Origin: Candidatus Saccharimonadaceae bacterium
GTDB taxonomy: Bacteria; Patescibacteriota; Saccharimonadia; Saccharimonadales; Saccharimonadaceae
Direction: 5' to 3'
DNA length: 56,744 nt
Assembly (NCBI GenBank): GCA_039812985.1
Contig: JBDHUL010000001.1
Location: 1 to 56,744 of the forward strand
Below, piece by piece: positions 29,408 to 38,268 of the stretch. The position numbers were made by a program, and so were the translations under genes. Position 1 is the first letter of the stretch. Each line of letters opens with the position of its first letter. The notes under the pieces are model-generated. The model did not search any database. It had not been told where the DNA came from and was given only the letters and a program-made list of their open reading frames with translations.

Positions 29408-29807
29408 AGTGTATCTCTATATAATCTTGTAAAATAATGGCTGCTGCTTCGGCGTCGATATCGGCTTTCGTATGCGACCCGCGTTGACGCAAACGCTCCT
29501 CGGCAATCACTGAAGTTAACGATTCATCCTGAAATGCAATATCTATTTTGAAACGACCAAGCCGACTCGCAAACGACTCCACGATAGCCGTCTGAGCAGT
29601 AGCGTCACCGGACTGATTGCGTGGATAGCCCACCACAATCACTACCGGAGTGTACTCATCGATAATTGCTTGGAGCTGCTCAAACTCAGTACCATCGACG
29701 AGCACTGCCTTAAGTGGCACGGCAAGCTTTGTATCGAGCTCTGCTTTCGCTACACCGATACGTCTCGCACCCACGTCGAGACCAAGAACCGCGCGGCTAT
29801 TTTTCAT
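29388..29807 (-). CDS. ruvX: Holliday-junction resolvase-like RuvX (YqgF)
   Basis: 139 aa. LGLD.G.RRIGVA start and DE.L.S..A motif. Overlaps mltG by 20 nt. Confidence 0.9.
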   Translation of the reverse strand: MKNSRAVLGLDVGARRIGVAKAELDTKLAVPLKAVLVDGTEFEQLQAIIDEYTPVVIVVGYPRNQSGDATAQTAIVESFASRLGRFKIDIAFQDESLTSVIAEERLRQRGSHTKADIDAEAAAIILQDYIEIHYGYTTA

Positions 29808-31437
29808 CTTTTATTGAGAAATTGATGGTGATACGTTTTGCGTCGTTCGGAACAGTGGTGACCCAAAAGGGAGATAGTTTGACATCGACGCTATCGACAC
29901 CCTGTATGGCACCGACAAGCTGTTGCACCTCACCAATACGCTTGCCCTTAATGTCACTGGCTAGTTTTTCGTCGTCAATATTTGGACCAATCTGAGCCGG
30001 CGTAGCTGCTTTTACGCTGTATCCTTGATCGGTCTTCATGAACTGCGAAAACTGCGTCGTTCTTTCGCCAAAATCATAGACTTTTTGTGTTGTGTCGTCC
30101 TTTAACTGCGTTTTTAGGTAATCGCCATACACTGCTTTCAAATCGGAGCGCTTTACGCCAACGAGCGTATAGGTAGTCTCAGCCGTTAGCTTTGCTGCCG
30201 AAGTCGTCATCTCTGCCCCAACAGCAGGGGTACTTGTTGGTGTGCCCGCATCGACACTAAACGCTTCATCTATACCGACCTCATCAGTCTGGAATTGTTT
30301 TTTTAACTCGTCTTTTACGGTGTTCGCATCCTGTGTTTTGAGCAAATCTTTAGCCTTTGCAACGTCGTCGTCCGTTACCACTGGAACGGTTTTATCAGTT
30401 CCCCCAGCCGTTGCATCCGTAAACACTGCGCTGACACCACCCGGCTCACCATTCAATGCACCGGAAGCACCGTTGTATTTTGTCCCTGGAGCCTCTGCTG
30501 CAACCGTCCCATTTGCCGTACCCGGGCATATATATCCAGGGCAGCTGAATGAAAGCGTTGCCGCAGGGATAGTCACTGCAGCCGACATTTTAAATACCAA
30601 CCCGCTGCTACTTGTCAGGCTCGTGCCCGCTGGCAATGTTTTTGAACTATCTGATGCATTGGAGAGTTTTAACGACCCGACTGCTTTCTCGCCAACGTCT
30701 TTTTTCCCAGTTGGCTGAAAGTCAACTGAGGCTGTTTTCTTTACTTGTTTTATAACCGCGGGCAACACTGCCTGACCTACATCAAGTGTTGCATTGGGCC
30801 GAAGTAGCAAGGTCTTGTTAATATTTACAATGTTGGTCTTGGCGGCTATGGTCACGTCTGCCCGACCGGCAAAAACAATGGCCCACACAAGAAATACGAC
30901 AAATAGGATGCCGAGACCGCCAAAAAGAAATAGTTTTTTACGAAACACGTTGAAATTTGGAATACCTATGCCTGCCGAAGGCTTTTTCTTCACGGGCGTT
31001 ACCGCGCCATTGGTCGGCTTATCGACAACGGCTGCACTGGCAACAGGTCGCGGTGTCGTTCGAGGAGTATCATTTGCCACCTCGGCGGGAACATCGAGGC
31101 TCATTCCTTCGAGCTCTTCACCGTTAATCACGTCGTCTCCGTAGTTAACAGCCTCCGACGGAGCGGTCAGCTCTGGCTTGCTCTGAAGGTTTTTGGCAAT
31201 CGGTAGCGCTACTTCTCCAGCGAGACCAGTCAATGCAACGTCGTTCGTAATCAAGACAATGCGCTTGTCGGCATGCGACGCCGCTCGCTGGAGGAGCTTC
31301 AAGTTCACAATACTCTGTAACACTCCGATGCGCTTTGGCGGCACCAGGGCAACAATACCCGAACCGGCCCCTTTCACCTTGTCAATGATCGTCGTGATGT
31401 CGTCTTCGGTATCTATGTATATAACGTCTTTTTTCAT
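29797..31437 (-). CDS. Hypothetical bitopic membrane protein (cytoplasmic N-domain, one TM, about 355-aa Thr/Ala-rich ectodomain)
   Basis: 546 aa. N-terminal module YIDTEDDITTIIDKVK......ALVPPKR...LQS.VNLKLL.R.A....K...L.T.D recurs in hypothetical proteins of CPR/Chloroflexi/Firmicutes as far as I recall. TM near residue 170. Translationally coupled to ruvX (11-nt overlap) and 4 nt after the ftsA-like gene. Confidence 0.5.
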   Translation of the reverse strand: MKKDVIYIDTEDDITTIIDKVKGAGSGIVALVPPKRIGVLQSIVNLKLLQRAASHADKRIVLITNDVALTGLAGEVALPIAKNLQSKPELTAPSEAVNYGDDVINGEELEGMSLDVPAEVANDTPRTTPRPVASAAVVDKPTNGAVTPVKKKPSAGIGIPNFNVFRKKLFLFGGLGILFVVFLVWAIVFAGRADVTIAAKTNIVNINKTLLLRPNATLDVGQAVLPAVIKQVKKTASVDFQPTGKKDVGEKAVGSLKLSNASDSSKTLPAGTSLTSSSGLVFKMSAAVTIPAATLSFSCPGYICPGTANGTVAAEAPGTKYNGASGALNGEPGGVSAVFTDATAGGTDKTVPVVTDDDVAKAKDLLKTQDANTVKDELKKQFQTDEVGIDEAFSVDAGTPTSTPAVGAEMTTSAAKLTAETTYTLVGVKRSDLKAVYGDYLKTQLKDDTTQKVYDFGERTTQFSQFMKTDQGYSVKAATPAQIGPNIDDEKLASDIKGKRIGEVQQLVGAIQGVDSVDVKLSPFWVTTVPNDAKRITINFSIKDEK

Positions 31438-31441
31438 GGTA

Positions 31442-32713
31442 TTACACCCTGAGCAGCCGGTTTAATTTTTCTTTGAGCGTATCGCTACCAGCTCCACCCC
31501 CTATCGTATCATACCCAACCCTGAGCAGGCCCATGGCAGTGACGTAGGTATGATCACCAGCATCGCCCGTACTATCCTCGATGCCTTCCACTTCCTCAGG
31601 GGTAATAAGGTGGACGCTCGGACGTTTTGTAAACGGTAGTGTTTTGTACCAGTCGCTGGATTCGAGCGCCGACACGAGTTGCTTCAGGCTAGCTCCACCA
31701 CCGCAAAGCAGTATACGGTTTGGGAGATGGTCAACCGAATCAAACTCTGACAGCGCTAGCTCAACGCCACTCAACCAAACCTCAAGGGTCTTGTCCACGG
31801 CAGCACCTACTTCTTTCACAACACTTTCTCGAATCTTTTCATCATCAATGTTAACTTTGAGTTTTTCGGCATCATCAAAACCAAGGTCCATTTCAGAGGC
31901 AATTGTTCGCGTAAAGCTTCGTCCGCCGATACCAAACATTTTTGTTCCTTCCACCCCGCCATCACTCACCACGGCAATGTCGGTCGTGCCGCCACCAACG
32001 TCAACGAGCACAGCTGTAAAATTGCTACTCGCGTCAGCCCCAAGCATGCTACGCGAGACCGCAAACGGTTCGGCCGCCACTGCTACCAAGTCGAGATCCA
32101 GTTCGTTCGCCGTTCGTTCTAGAGCACCAATATGCACCATAGGTGCAAACGCCGTATAAATCTGAATCGCGACATCCTTACCCTGAAACCCTATGGGGTT
32201 AGCAACTTTATATCCATCGATATGGATGCTCACAATTGCTGAGTTGACTAGTCGAACCTCAACATCTTCGTTACCGGTTTCGAGCGCGATTTGTTTTTGT
32301 GCTTTGGCCTGTGCTCGTTCCTGTACCCGTTCAATGATGAATTCTATCTCGCGTATGTCGAGTGCCTGATCTGGATGCGGACGCTTGTAGCGTATAGTAC
32401 TGGTCAGGCCCTTCACAAGCTCTCCAGCAATCCCAATAACGGCTCTTTTCCCTTGCACGCCGGCTTGCTCTTCGGCCTGCGCCAGAGCTTCTTCACAGTT
32501 TCGTACTACACCGGCAATATCTGCTATGGCGCCACTATGCATATCATCAAGGCCCTGGTGTTTGCGGCCGACACCGATGATTTTGATTGTATCGCCTTCC
32601 ACGCGCGCAACAAGCGCCTTAACGAATTCTGTCCCGATGTCGAGTCCAACGATAATATCGTCGCCAGCGGTTTGTTTTGCGGGCAGGTATTTTTTGAATT
32701 TGTCGATAATCAT
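31442..32713 (-). CDS. ftsA: FtsA-family actin-like ATPase
   Basis: 423 aa. Phosphate-1 VGLDIGTEFVK, phosphate-2 VDVGGGTTDI, adenosine LCGGGASL, and an amphipathic C-terminal helix (LKEKLNRLLRV). No ftsZ gene is adjacent. Confidence 0.7.
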   Translation of the reverse strand: MIIDKFKKYLPAKQTAGDDIIVGLDIGTEFVKALVARVEGDTIKIIGVGRKHQGLDDMHSGAIADIAGVVRNCEEALAQAEEQAGVQGKRAVIGIAGELVKGLTSTIRYKRPHPDQALDIREIEFIIERVQERAQAKAQKQIALETGNEDVEVRLVNSAIVSIHIDGYKVANPIGFQGKDVAIQIYTAFAPMVHIGALERTANELDLDLVAVAAEPFAVSRSMLGADASSNFTAVLVDVGGGTTDIAVVSDGGVEGTKMFGIGGRSFTRTIASEMDLGFDDAEKLKVNIDDEKIRESVVKEVGAAVDKTLEVWLSGVELALSEFDSVDHLPNRILLCGGGASLKQLVSALESSDWYKTLPFTKRPSVHLITPEEVEGIEDSTGDAGDHTYVTAMGLLRVGYDTIGGGAGSDTLKEKLNRLLRV

Positions 32714-32774
32714 GTTCCTTATGATTATACACTACTTGGAAAACGGCGGGGAGTTTTCGGTAAGTCCCTGGTAT

Positions 32775-34676
32775 CTAGCGCATCTCGGCTTTGATACGTC
32801 GAATACCGGCTGAGCTAGCTTCTTCTTTAGTGATGACAAATCGTTTATCGTTTGGTGTTCCATCGTCGTCCCGAGCCAACTGTCCAGTGTGGTCAACGTG
32901 TGGACCGCCGCAAATCTCGAGCGATACAGCGTGACCGTCTTCGCCCATCTGATAGACCTTTACCTCTTCGCCATAGCGTTCACCAAACGGTCCGATCGCT
33001 CCCATATCAAGGGCCTGCTGAGTTGGATACAGCGTATATTTCACTGGGTGGTCCTCTTTGATCCACTGGTTCACGAGATTTTCAGCATGCTTCACCTCTT
33101 CGGATGTCATTTTGCGGTCAAGGTTAAAGTCAAATCGCAACCGTTCTTCGGTAATATTGCTCCCGTGTTGGCGTAGCTCTGGCCCAAATATCTCGCGAAG
33201 CGCCGACTGCAGCAGATGCGTCGCAGTATGATAGCGCTTATGCTGCATGGTGTGCCCGCCCAGACCACCCTTGAACGTCCCTTTTGCAGCCGTCTGGCTC
33301 CGCGCTCGTTGTTCGGCCATACGCGCGTCGAACTCGTCTCGCCACGCTGGGCTCAGCTTCACATTCTGAATCCCAGCCTCTTCAGTGCTCAGCTCAACCG
33401 GAAAACCATACGTATCATAAAGCGTAAAAATATCTTCACCCGTTAACTCGCCGCCCTGCGCGAACTTCATGAGCTGCTGAAGTCCTTTGCGTAGCGTTTG
33501 ACGGAAAACCTTTTCCTCTTTCACGAGCACCGCAACAACGGCCTCTCGCTGCTGCTTTACCTCTGGAAAATCGGCTTCGTACATGTCGGCAATGACCGGC
33601 ACAATGACTTCTAGAAAATTCTGTTCGATGCCCAAGTCAAACGCAAACCGAACTGCCCGGCGTACATAACGGCGCATTACATAACCCTGTTCCTTGTTGC
33701 TCGGCGCCACACCGTCCACCGCAAGAAACGTTGCAGCTCTCAGATGATCGGCAATGACCCGCATACTCTCAGTATGACTGTCGTATTTCTTACCGCTGAG
33801 AGCTTCGAGTTTTTCAATAATCGGTCTCAGTAGACTAATGTTATACATATCTGGCGAATTTAACCGAGCGGCAGCGATGCGCTCAAGCCCCGCACCGAAG
33901 TCAACATTTTTGGCTGGTAGTTTTTCAAATCCCGTTTCGGTACGTAGGTACTCCATAAATACTGAGTTGCCGATTTCCATATACCGTCCACAGTCGCAAT
34001 TCGGGTGACAGTGCTCGCCGTATGTTGGGTCGTGCTCGATAAAGTCAAATTCATAAAACACTTCACTGTCGGGTCCGCCCGGTTCGCCTGCCGGCATATC
34101 GGCAATCTTGCCGGCCCGACACCACCAGTTCTTACTCGCGTCGTAGTAAAAAACTCGCTCGCCGGACTGCATGCCTCGTTTTGAGCCATGTTCTTCCGAG
34201 CCCATATCGGCAACGAGCGCATCAATGCCTTTGTTTTTAAACAATCCCACCCACAATTCGGCCGATTCGGTATCTTTTGGGATACCAGCCGCTTCATCAC
34301 CAATAAACGCCGTCACATAAAGCTTACTTGGGTCAAGGCCAACCACGTCGGTCAGAAATTCAAAAAACCAAGGGAGCTGTTCAGCCTTAAAATAATCACC
34401 GAGGCTCCAGTTCCCGAGCATTTCAAAAAATGTTGTGTGGCGATTGTCGCCAACTTCGTCTACATCCTGGGCGCGCAAACAGGTTTGACTATCGGTGAGC
34501 CGATTGCCTTTCGGATGCTTTTCACCCAGCAAATATGGTAACAGCGGTTGCATACCGCTCCCGGTAAACAGGGTCGTCGGATCGTTATCCGGCACCAGTC
34601 GCGCTCGCGGAATAATAACGTGACCGCGCTCTTTAAAAAAATCTAAGTAGGCTTTACGGATATCTTGTGCGTTCAT
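32775..34676 (-). CDS. alaS: Alanine--tRNA ligase, truncated form lacking the C-Ala/DHHA1 domain
   Basis: 633 aa. Class II core (F.ERGH......LVP.NDPT.LFT.SGM.P), tRNA-recognition region, and editing domain with HTATHLL and CGGPHV. The protein ends right after the editing domain. Confidence 0.95.
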   Translation of the reverse strand: MNAQDIRKAYLDFFKERGHVIIPRARLVPDNDPTTLFTGSGMQPLLPYLLGEKHPKGNRLTDSQTCLRAQDVDEVGDNRHTTFFEMLGNWSLGDYFKAEQLPWFFEFLTDVVGLDPSKLYVTAFIGDEAAGIPKDTESAELWVGLFKNKGIDALVADMGSEEHGSKRGMQSGERVFYYDASKNWWCRAGKIADMPAGEPGGPDSEVFYEFDFIEHDPTYGEHCHPNCDCGRYMEIGNSVFMEYLRTETGFEKLPAKNVDFGAGLERIAAARLNSPDMYNISLLRPIIEKLEALSGKKYDSHTESMRVIADHLRAATFLAVDGVAPSNKEQGYVMRRYVRRAVRFAFDLGIEQNFLEVIVPVIADMYEADFPEVKQQREAVVAVLVKEEKVFRQTLRKGLQQLMKFAQGGELTGEDIFTLYDTYGFPVELSTEEAGIQNVKLSPAWRDEFDARMAEQRARSQTAAKGTFKGGLGGHTMQHKRYHTATHLLQSALREIFGPELRQHGSNITEERLRFDFNLDRKMTSEEVKHAENLVNQWIKEDHPVKYTLYPTQQALDMGAIGPFGERYGEEVKVYQMGEDGHAVSLEICGGPHVDHTGQLARDDDGTPNDKRFVITKEEASSAGIRRIKAEMR

Positions 34677-34697
34677 ATTGTCACATAGTATAGCAGA

Positions 34698-36581
34698 TTA
34701 GTGACGAATCTCAGAGGTCAAGCCACCCCACTCGACAACCGTAAACCCATGTCGCGGTGTCGCCGTAAGTTTCTGAGATGGCAACGAAATAGCCGTGTCA
34801 AAGCCATCCATGTCGAGGAACACACGAATCATCGTGGCCGGTTTCGGCGAAATACGCAGAGGTGCGAGTATATTCATCTGTTCGGTGCTGAGCCATGTCA
34901 ATCGAATATATGGTTTGTTCGGGATTTTACTCTCCCAGAAAGCCATGAAGTCATTGATTTCCTTCTGGTTCAAACCTTGTTCGCCGAGTTGGCGTCGAAT
35001 AGTCGCTGCCGCATCGGCCCGCTTGACGATCGTTCCGCTCACAATCCCCGGGTACGCCCCATGCCCTTGCCCCTCCCAGAACAATGAGTCATATGGCTTA
35101 CCCTTATATATCAGCTGTCCGCTGGGGCGCGCCAAAACGTACTTCCAGCCTCCGGGTTCGTACTGCGGATCCGACTCCGTTACATTTGCCCCTACTGACA
35201 CGCTCACAAGCATCGGAGACGGTGGATACAAATACACTACCGGCTTGGCGCAGCCCCCCGCCATAGCATACCGACCGCGTACATACACCAGCCGCTCGCC
35301 AGTCGAGTTTTTTATTACCACGAGTCCGTGTTGCGCAACGTAGTCACCAAACGGCACAACATCGGGCGACCAGCTTTGCTTGTATTCGTCATAAGCTTTT
35401 TTATACAGTGCGCTGTTTTTTTCGACTGGCTCATACACGTCCCTCCCGGTATCGGTTTTTCCGACAACAACCAAGTCGCTATCTTTTAATCTATCGCTTC
35501 GTGATACTGCCGCTGTTGCGCCGCCGCACCCTCTGGCAATCGCAACAAGTTCATCATATTGCTGCTTTCCTTGGTAATCCTTGTACTGGAGCATCGGGTT
35601 ATTGGTAAAGCTATAGCCTTCCAGCGAGAGCTTGTTCGGCGTATATGCAACTCCAATCCCGGTGTTAAACGGGGTCCGCACGACATACCCGATATTTGTC
35701 AGACCGGTGTCGGCGTAGGTTCGTTCAACTTTATATAACCGACTCGCGCCAAGTTCATAAATGAGTGTCTTTGTCGTTCCTGGCTCTTGACCAAATGACC
35801 GAATCTGCGTATCGGCAATGTCCACATACGACGGGCGAAGAACAAATTCGCCACTTGGCAAGACAATTTTCTGCGGAAGGTTCAGTGAATCATAATGAGT
35901 GGTCTGGTCGAGGTTGGTGACTTTCGCGGTAAGTACATCGGTTTTTAGATCGCTCACGTATCTCACCATGTCGTCAATAGTCATGTTTTGCGGGTTAACA
36001 AGCACTGTCACCTGGCCGTCAGCGCCCTTTTCAAACAACAGTCCAAGACCCCCAACCCCGTAGCTTGGTGAAAATGCGTAGATAATTGCCGCGCCATTTC
36101 TCGACCCGACCTCCCTGTAGATTGGTATACTTTCCTCAAGCTGTTGCTGAGCAGTTTTTGAGTACCCCTGTGTATTGATATCTGCATAGGACGACAACTG
36201 CTCGGCCTTAAACCACCCCTGCGGCGCTATATCTTTCGGTGAAGTAAGCCAAGTTTCACCAGTAGTCGGCGTAACAAACCGGGCGAGCTCTGGATCGCTG
36301 GCTTTTTGTCGGTCAAATGCCGACACTGATTGTTTTGCGGGTGCATCCTGCGTGACAGCGACCGGCTTTTTTCCAAATGCCGCCCCTATAGCATCCCGAA
36401 ATACCCACCCCACTGCACCCAAAATAACTACTGCGACAAGCAGGATAAGCGCCGCCCATGGTCGTTGCGGCGGTATCTTTTTAGAAGTCTGCTCGAGCGC
36501 ACCACTCTGTGGTGTTGTACTATCCTGACCCTCTCCAGCCTCATCTACACGACCCCGCATCGACGATGCATCATTACTCAT
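34698..36581 (-). CDS. Hypothetical membrane-anchored extracytoplasmic protein
   Basis: 627 aa. One N-terminal TM (WAALILLVAVVILGAVGWVF). I recognise no family. Long intact ORF with coding-like composition, sitting between alaS and mnmA. Confidence 0.5.
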   Translation of the reverse strand: MSNDASSMRGRVDEAGEGQDSTTPQSGALEQTSKKIPPQRPWAALILLVAVVILGAVGWVFRDAIGAAFGKKPVAVTQDAPAKQSVSAFDRQKASDPELARFVTPTTGETWLTSPKDIAPQGWFKAEQLSSYADINTQGYSKTAQQQLEESIPIYREVGSRNGAAIIYAFSPSYGVGGLGLLFEKGADGQVTVLVNPQNMTIDDMVRYVSDLKTDVLTAKVTNLDQTTHYDSLNLPQKIVLPSGEFVLRPSYVDIADTQIRSFGQEPGTTKTLIYELGASRLYKVERTYADTGLTNIGYVVRTPFNTGIGVAYTPNKLSLEGYSFTNNPMLQYKDYQGKQQYDELVAIARGCGGATAAVSRSDRLKDSDLVVVGKTDTGRDVYEPVEKNSALYKKAYDEYKQSWSPDVVPFGDYVAQHGLVVIKNSTGERLVYVRGRYAMAGGCAKPVVYLYPPSPMLVSVSVGANVTESDPQYEPGGWKYVLARPSGQLIYKGKPYDSLFWEGQGHGAYPGIVSGTIVKRADAAATIRRQLGEQGLNQKEINDFMAFWESKIPNKPYIRLTWLSTEQMNILAPLRISPKPATMIRVFLDMDGFDTAISLPSQKLTATPRHGFTVVEWGGLTSEIRH

Positions 36582-36626
36582 TTATTCCCTCCCTTTTTCT
36601 ACGCACAAAGTATAGTCCGTATGCGT

Positions 36627-37691
36627 CTAAGACACAATCCCTCCGCCCAGTACTTCATCGCGGCGGTACACCACCGCTGACTGACCGGTAGCCACTGCTC
36701 GTTCTGCCTCTGACAAAAATAATGTCCCGTCTTCAAAATGGCACGGAAGCAACTGCCCCCGGTGGCGCAGGCGCACCCTGAGCAATTCGCTACCCTGGGG
36801 TGATTCGTGTATCCAATGCTCATCGACAAGTCGTATCTCGTTGCGCCACATCGCTTCGTCGTTAAGGTTACGGCTAACATATACTACGTTCTTAGTCATG
36901 TCCTTTCCAACGACGTAGTACGGCATACCGCCGCCAACATCAAGTCCGTGACGCTGTCCGAGCGTGTAAAATACCGCTCCGTCATGACGACCAAGCACCG
37001 CACCCGATTCTTTTTCAACGATGTCTCCAGGCGCGGCATCCAGGTATTGCCCTAAGAAATCATGTACTCCCACCGATCCGACAAAGCATATTCCCTGGCT
37101 ATCACGTTTTTTTGCTGTTGCGAGTCCCTGTTTCTCTGCAATTTTCCTCACGTGGTTTTTTGTGTATATACCGAGTGGAAACAGAGTTTTACCGAGCGCT
37201 TCTTTTGTGATGCGGTAGAGAAAATACGTTTGATCTTTGACTGTATCCTCTGGGATGTATAGTCGCGGCTGTGGTAACTCGCCTTTCACCACCCGTGCAT
37301 AGTGCCCGGTTGCTATCATGTCAGCCCCATCCGCGAGTGCCGCTTCGAGAAACAATCGGAATTTCACCTCCTGGTTGCACATAACGTCAGGGTTGGGCGT
37401 TCGACCAGCTTTATACTCAGCCAACATGTACTCAACTACTTTCTCGCGGTATTCCGCCTGAAAATCATACACTTTCAGCGGTATCTCGAGCTGTACCGCG
37501 ACGCGTTTTGCATCGGCAAGGTCATCAGCCCACGGACAGCGCATACCTGGGAGATCTTCGGTCCAGTTTTTCATGTACACGCCCGTCACGTCATAGCCTT
37601 GTTCGACCAAGAGCGCCGCTGTCACCGAACTATCCACACCGCCACTCATGCCGACATACACTCGATCAGCCATACTAGCTCGCTTCGGCAA
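36627..37691 (-). CDS. mnmA: tRNA 2-thiouridine(34) synthase MnmA
   Basis: 354 aa. PP-loop VGMSGGVDSSV, catalytic Cys in GICFVG, ATGHYAR. Confidence 0.95.
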   Translation of the reverse strand: MPKRASMADRVYVGMSGGVDSSVTAALLVEQGYDVTGVYMKNWTEDLPGMRCPWADDLADAKRVAVQLEIPLKVYDFQAEYREKVVEYMLAEYKAGRTPNPDVMCNQEVKFRLFLEAALADGADMIATGHYARVVKGELPQPRLYIPEDTVKDQTYFLYRITKEALGKTLFPLGIYTKNHVRKIAEKQGLATAKKRDSQGICFVGSVGVHDFLGQYLDAAPGDIVEKESGAVLGRHDGAVFYTLGQRHGLDVGGGMPYYVVGKDMTKNVVYVSRNLNDEAMWRNEIRLVDEHWIHESPQGSELLRVRLRHRGQLLPCHFEDGTLFLSEAERAVATGQSAVVYRRDEVLGGGIVS

Positions 37692-38268
37692 TGATTATTT
37701 TGATTATTTCACCAACACCGAGCACCCAGCCATATGGCGTCATCCACCACCAGCTTGACCATTGGTTATCGTTTGCTACTGGGTGGTTGACAACTTCTGC
37801 CGCGCCTCCCAATTGTTTATTAAACTCTATACCTGCCCGACGCTGATGATACGCTGATGTCACAAGCAGTAATCGTTTTATCGATCGGTTCTTCACAATG
37901 GAAGCGGTATTTTGGGCGTTCTCAGCCGTTGTTGCACTCGTCTCATCGGTCAGAATATCCTTGTTGGGTACATTCTGATGAAGCGCCCGCTCGCGCATGA
38001 CTTTTGCATTGCTTGGTCCTTTTTTGTCGGCGGCAGCACCAGAAAATACCAGTAGTGGTGCCCAGCCTGCTTTATAGAGTTTTATCGCTTCATCAGTCCG
38101 AGCCATCGTATCGCCGCCGCTCACCGCCACAATCGCATCAACTTTTTGACATTTGCCCGTCTCTGATGGCGACTGACACCCTGCGATATCATCCGGCCCA
38201 AGGTAGAGTGGAAGTCCTATCGTCATAGCCAGCGCCACCGCGACAAAAAATATACCGAACCGCATCAT
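37675..38268 (-). CDS. DUF218 / YdcF-ElyC family protein
   Basis: 197 aa. N-terminal TM; ..VSGGD...R...A..LY..G.AP...FSG....; T..T.ENA......V......LVTS.YH..RA. Confidence 0.8.
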   Translation of the reverse strand: MMRFGIFFVAVALAMTIGLPLYLGPDDIAGCQSPSETGKCQKVDAIVAVSGGDTMARTDEAIKLYKAGWAPLLVFSGAAADKKGPSNAKVMRERALHQNVPNKDILTDETSATTAENAQNTASIVKNRSIKRLLLVTSAYHQRRAGIEFNKQLGGAAEVVNHPVANDNQWSSWWWMTPYGWVLGVGEIIKIIIAEAS

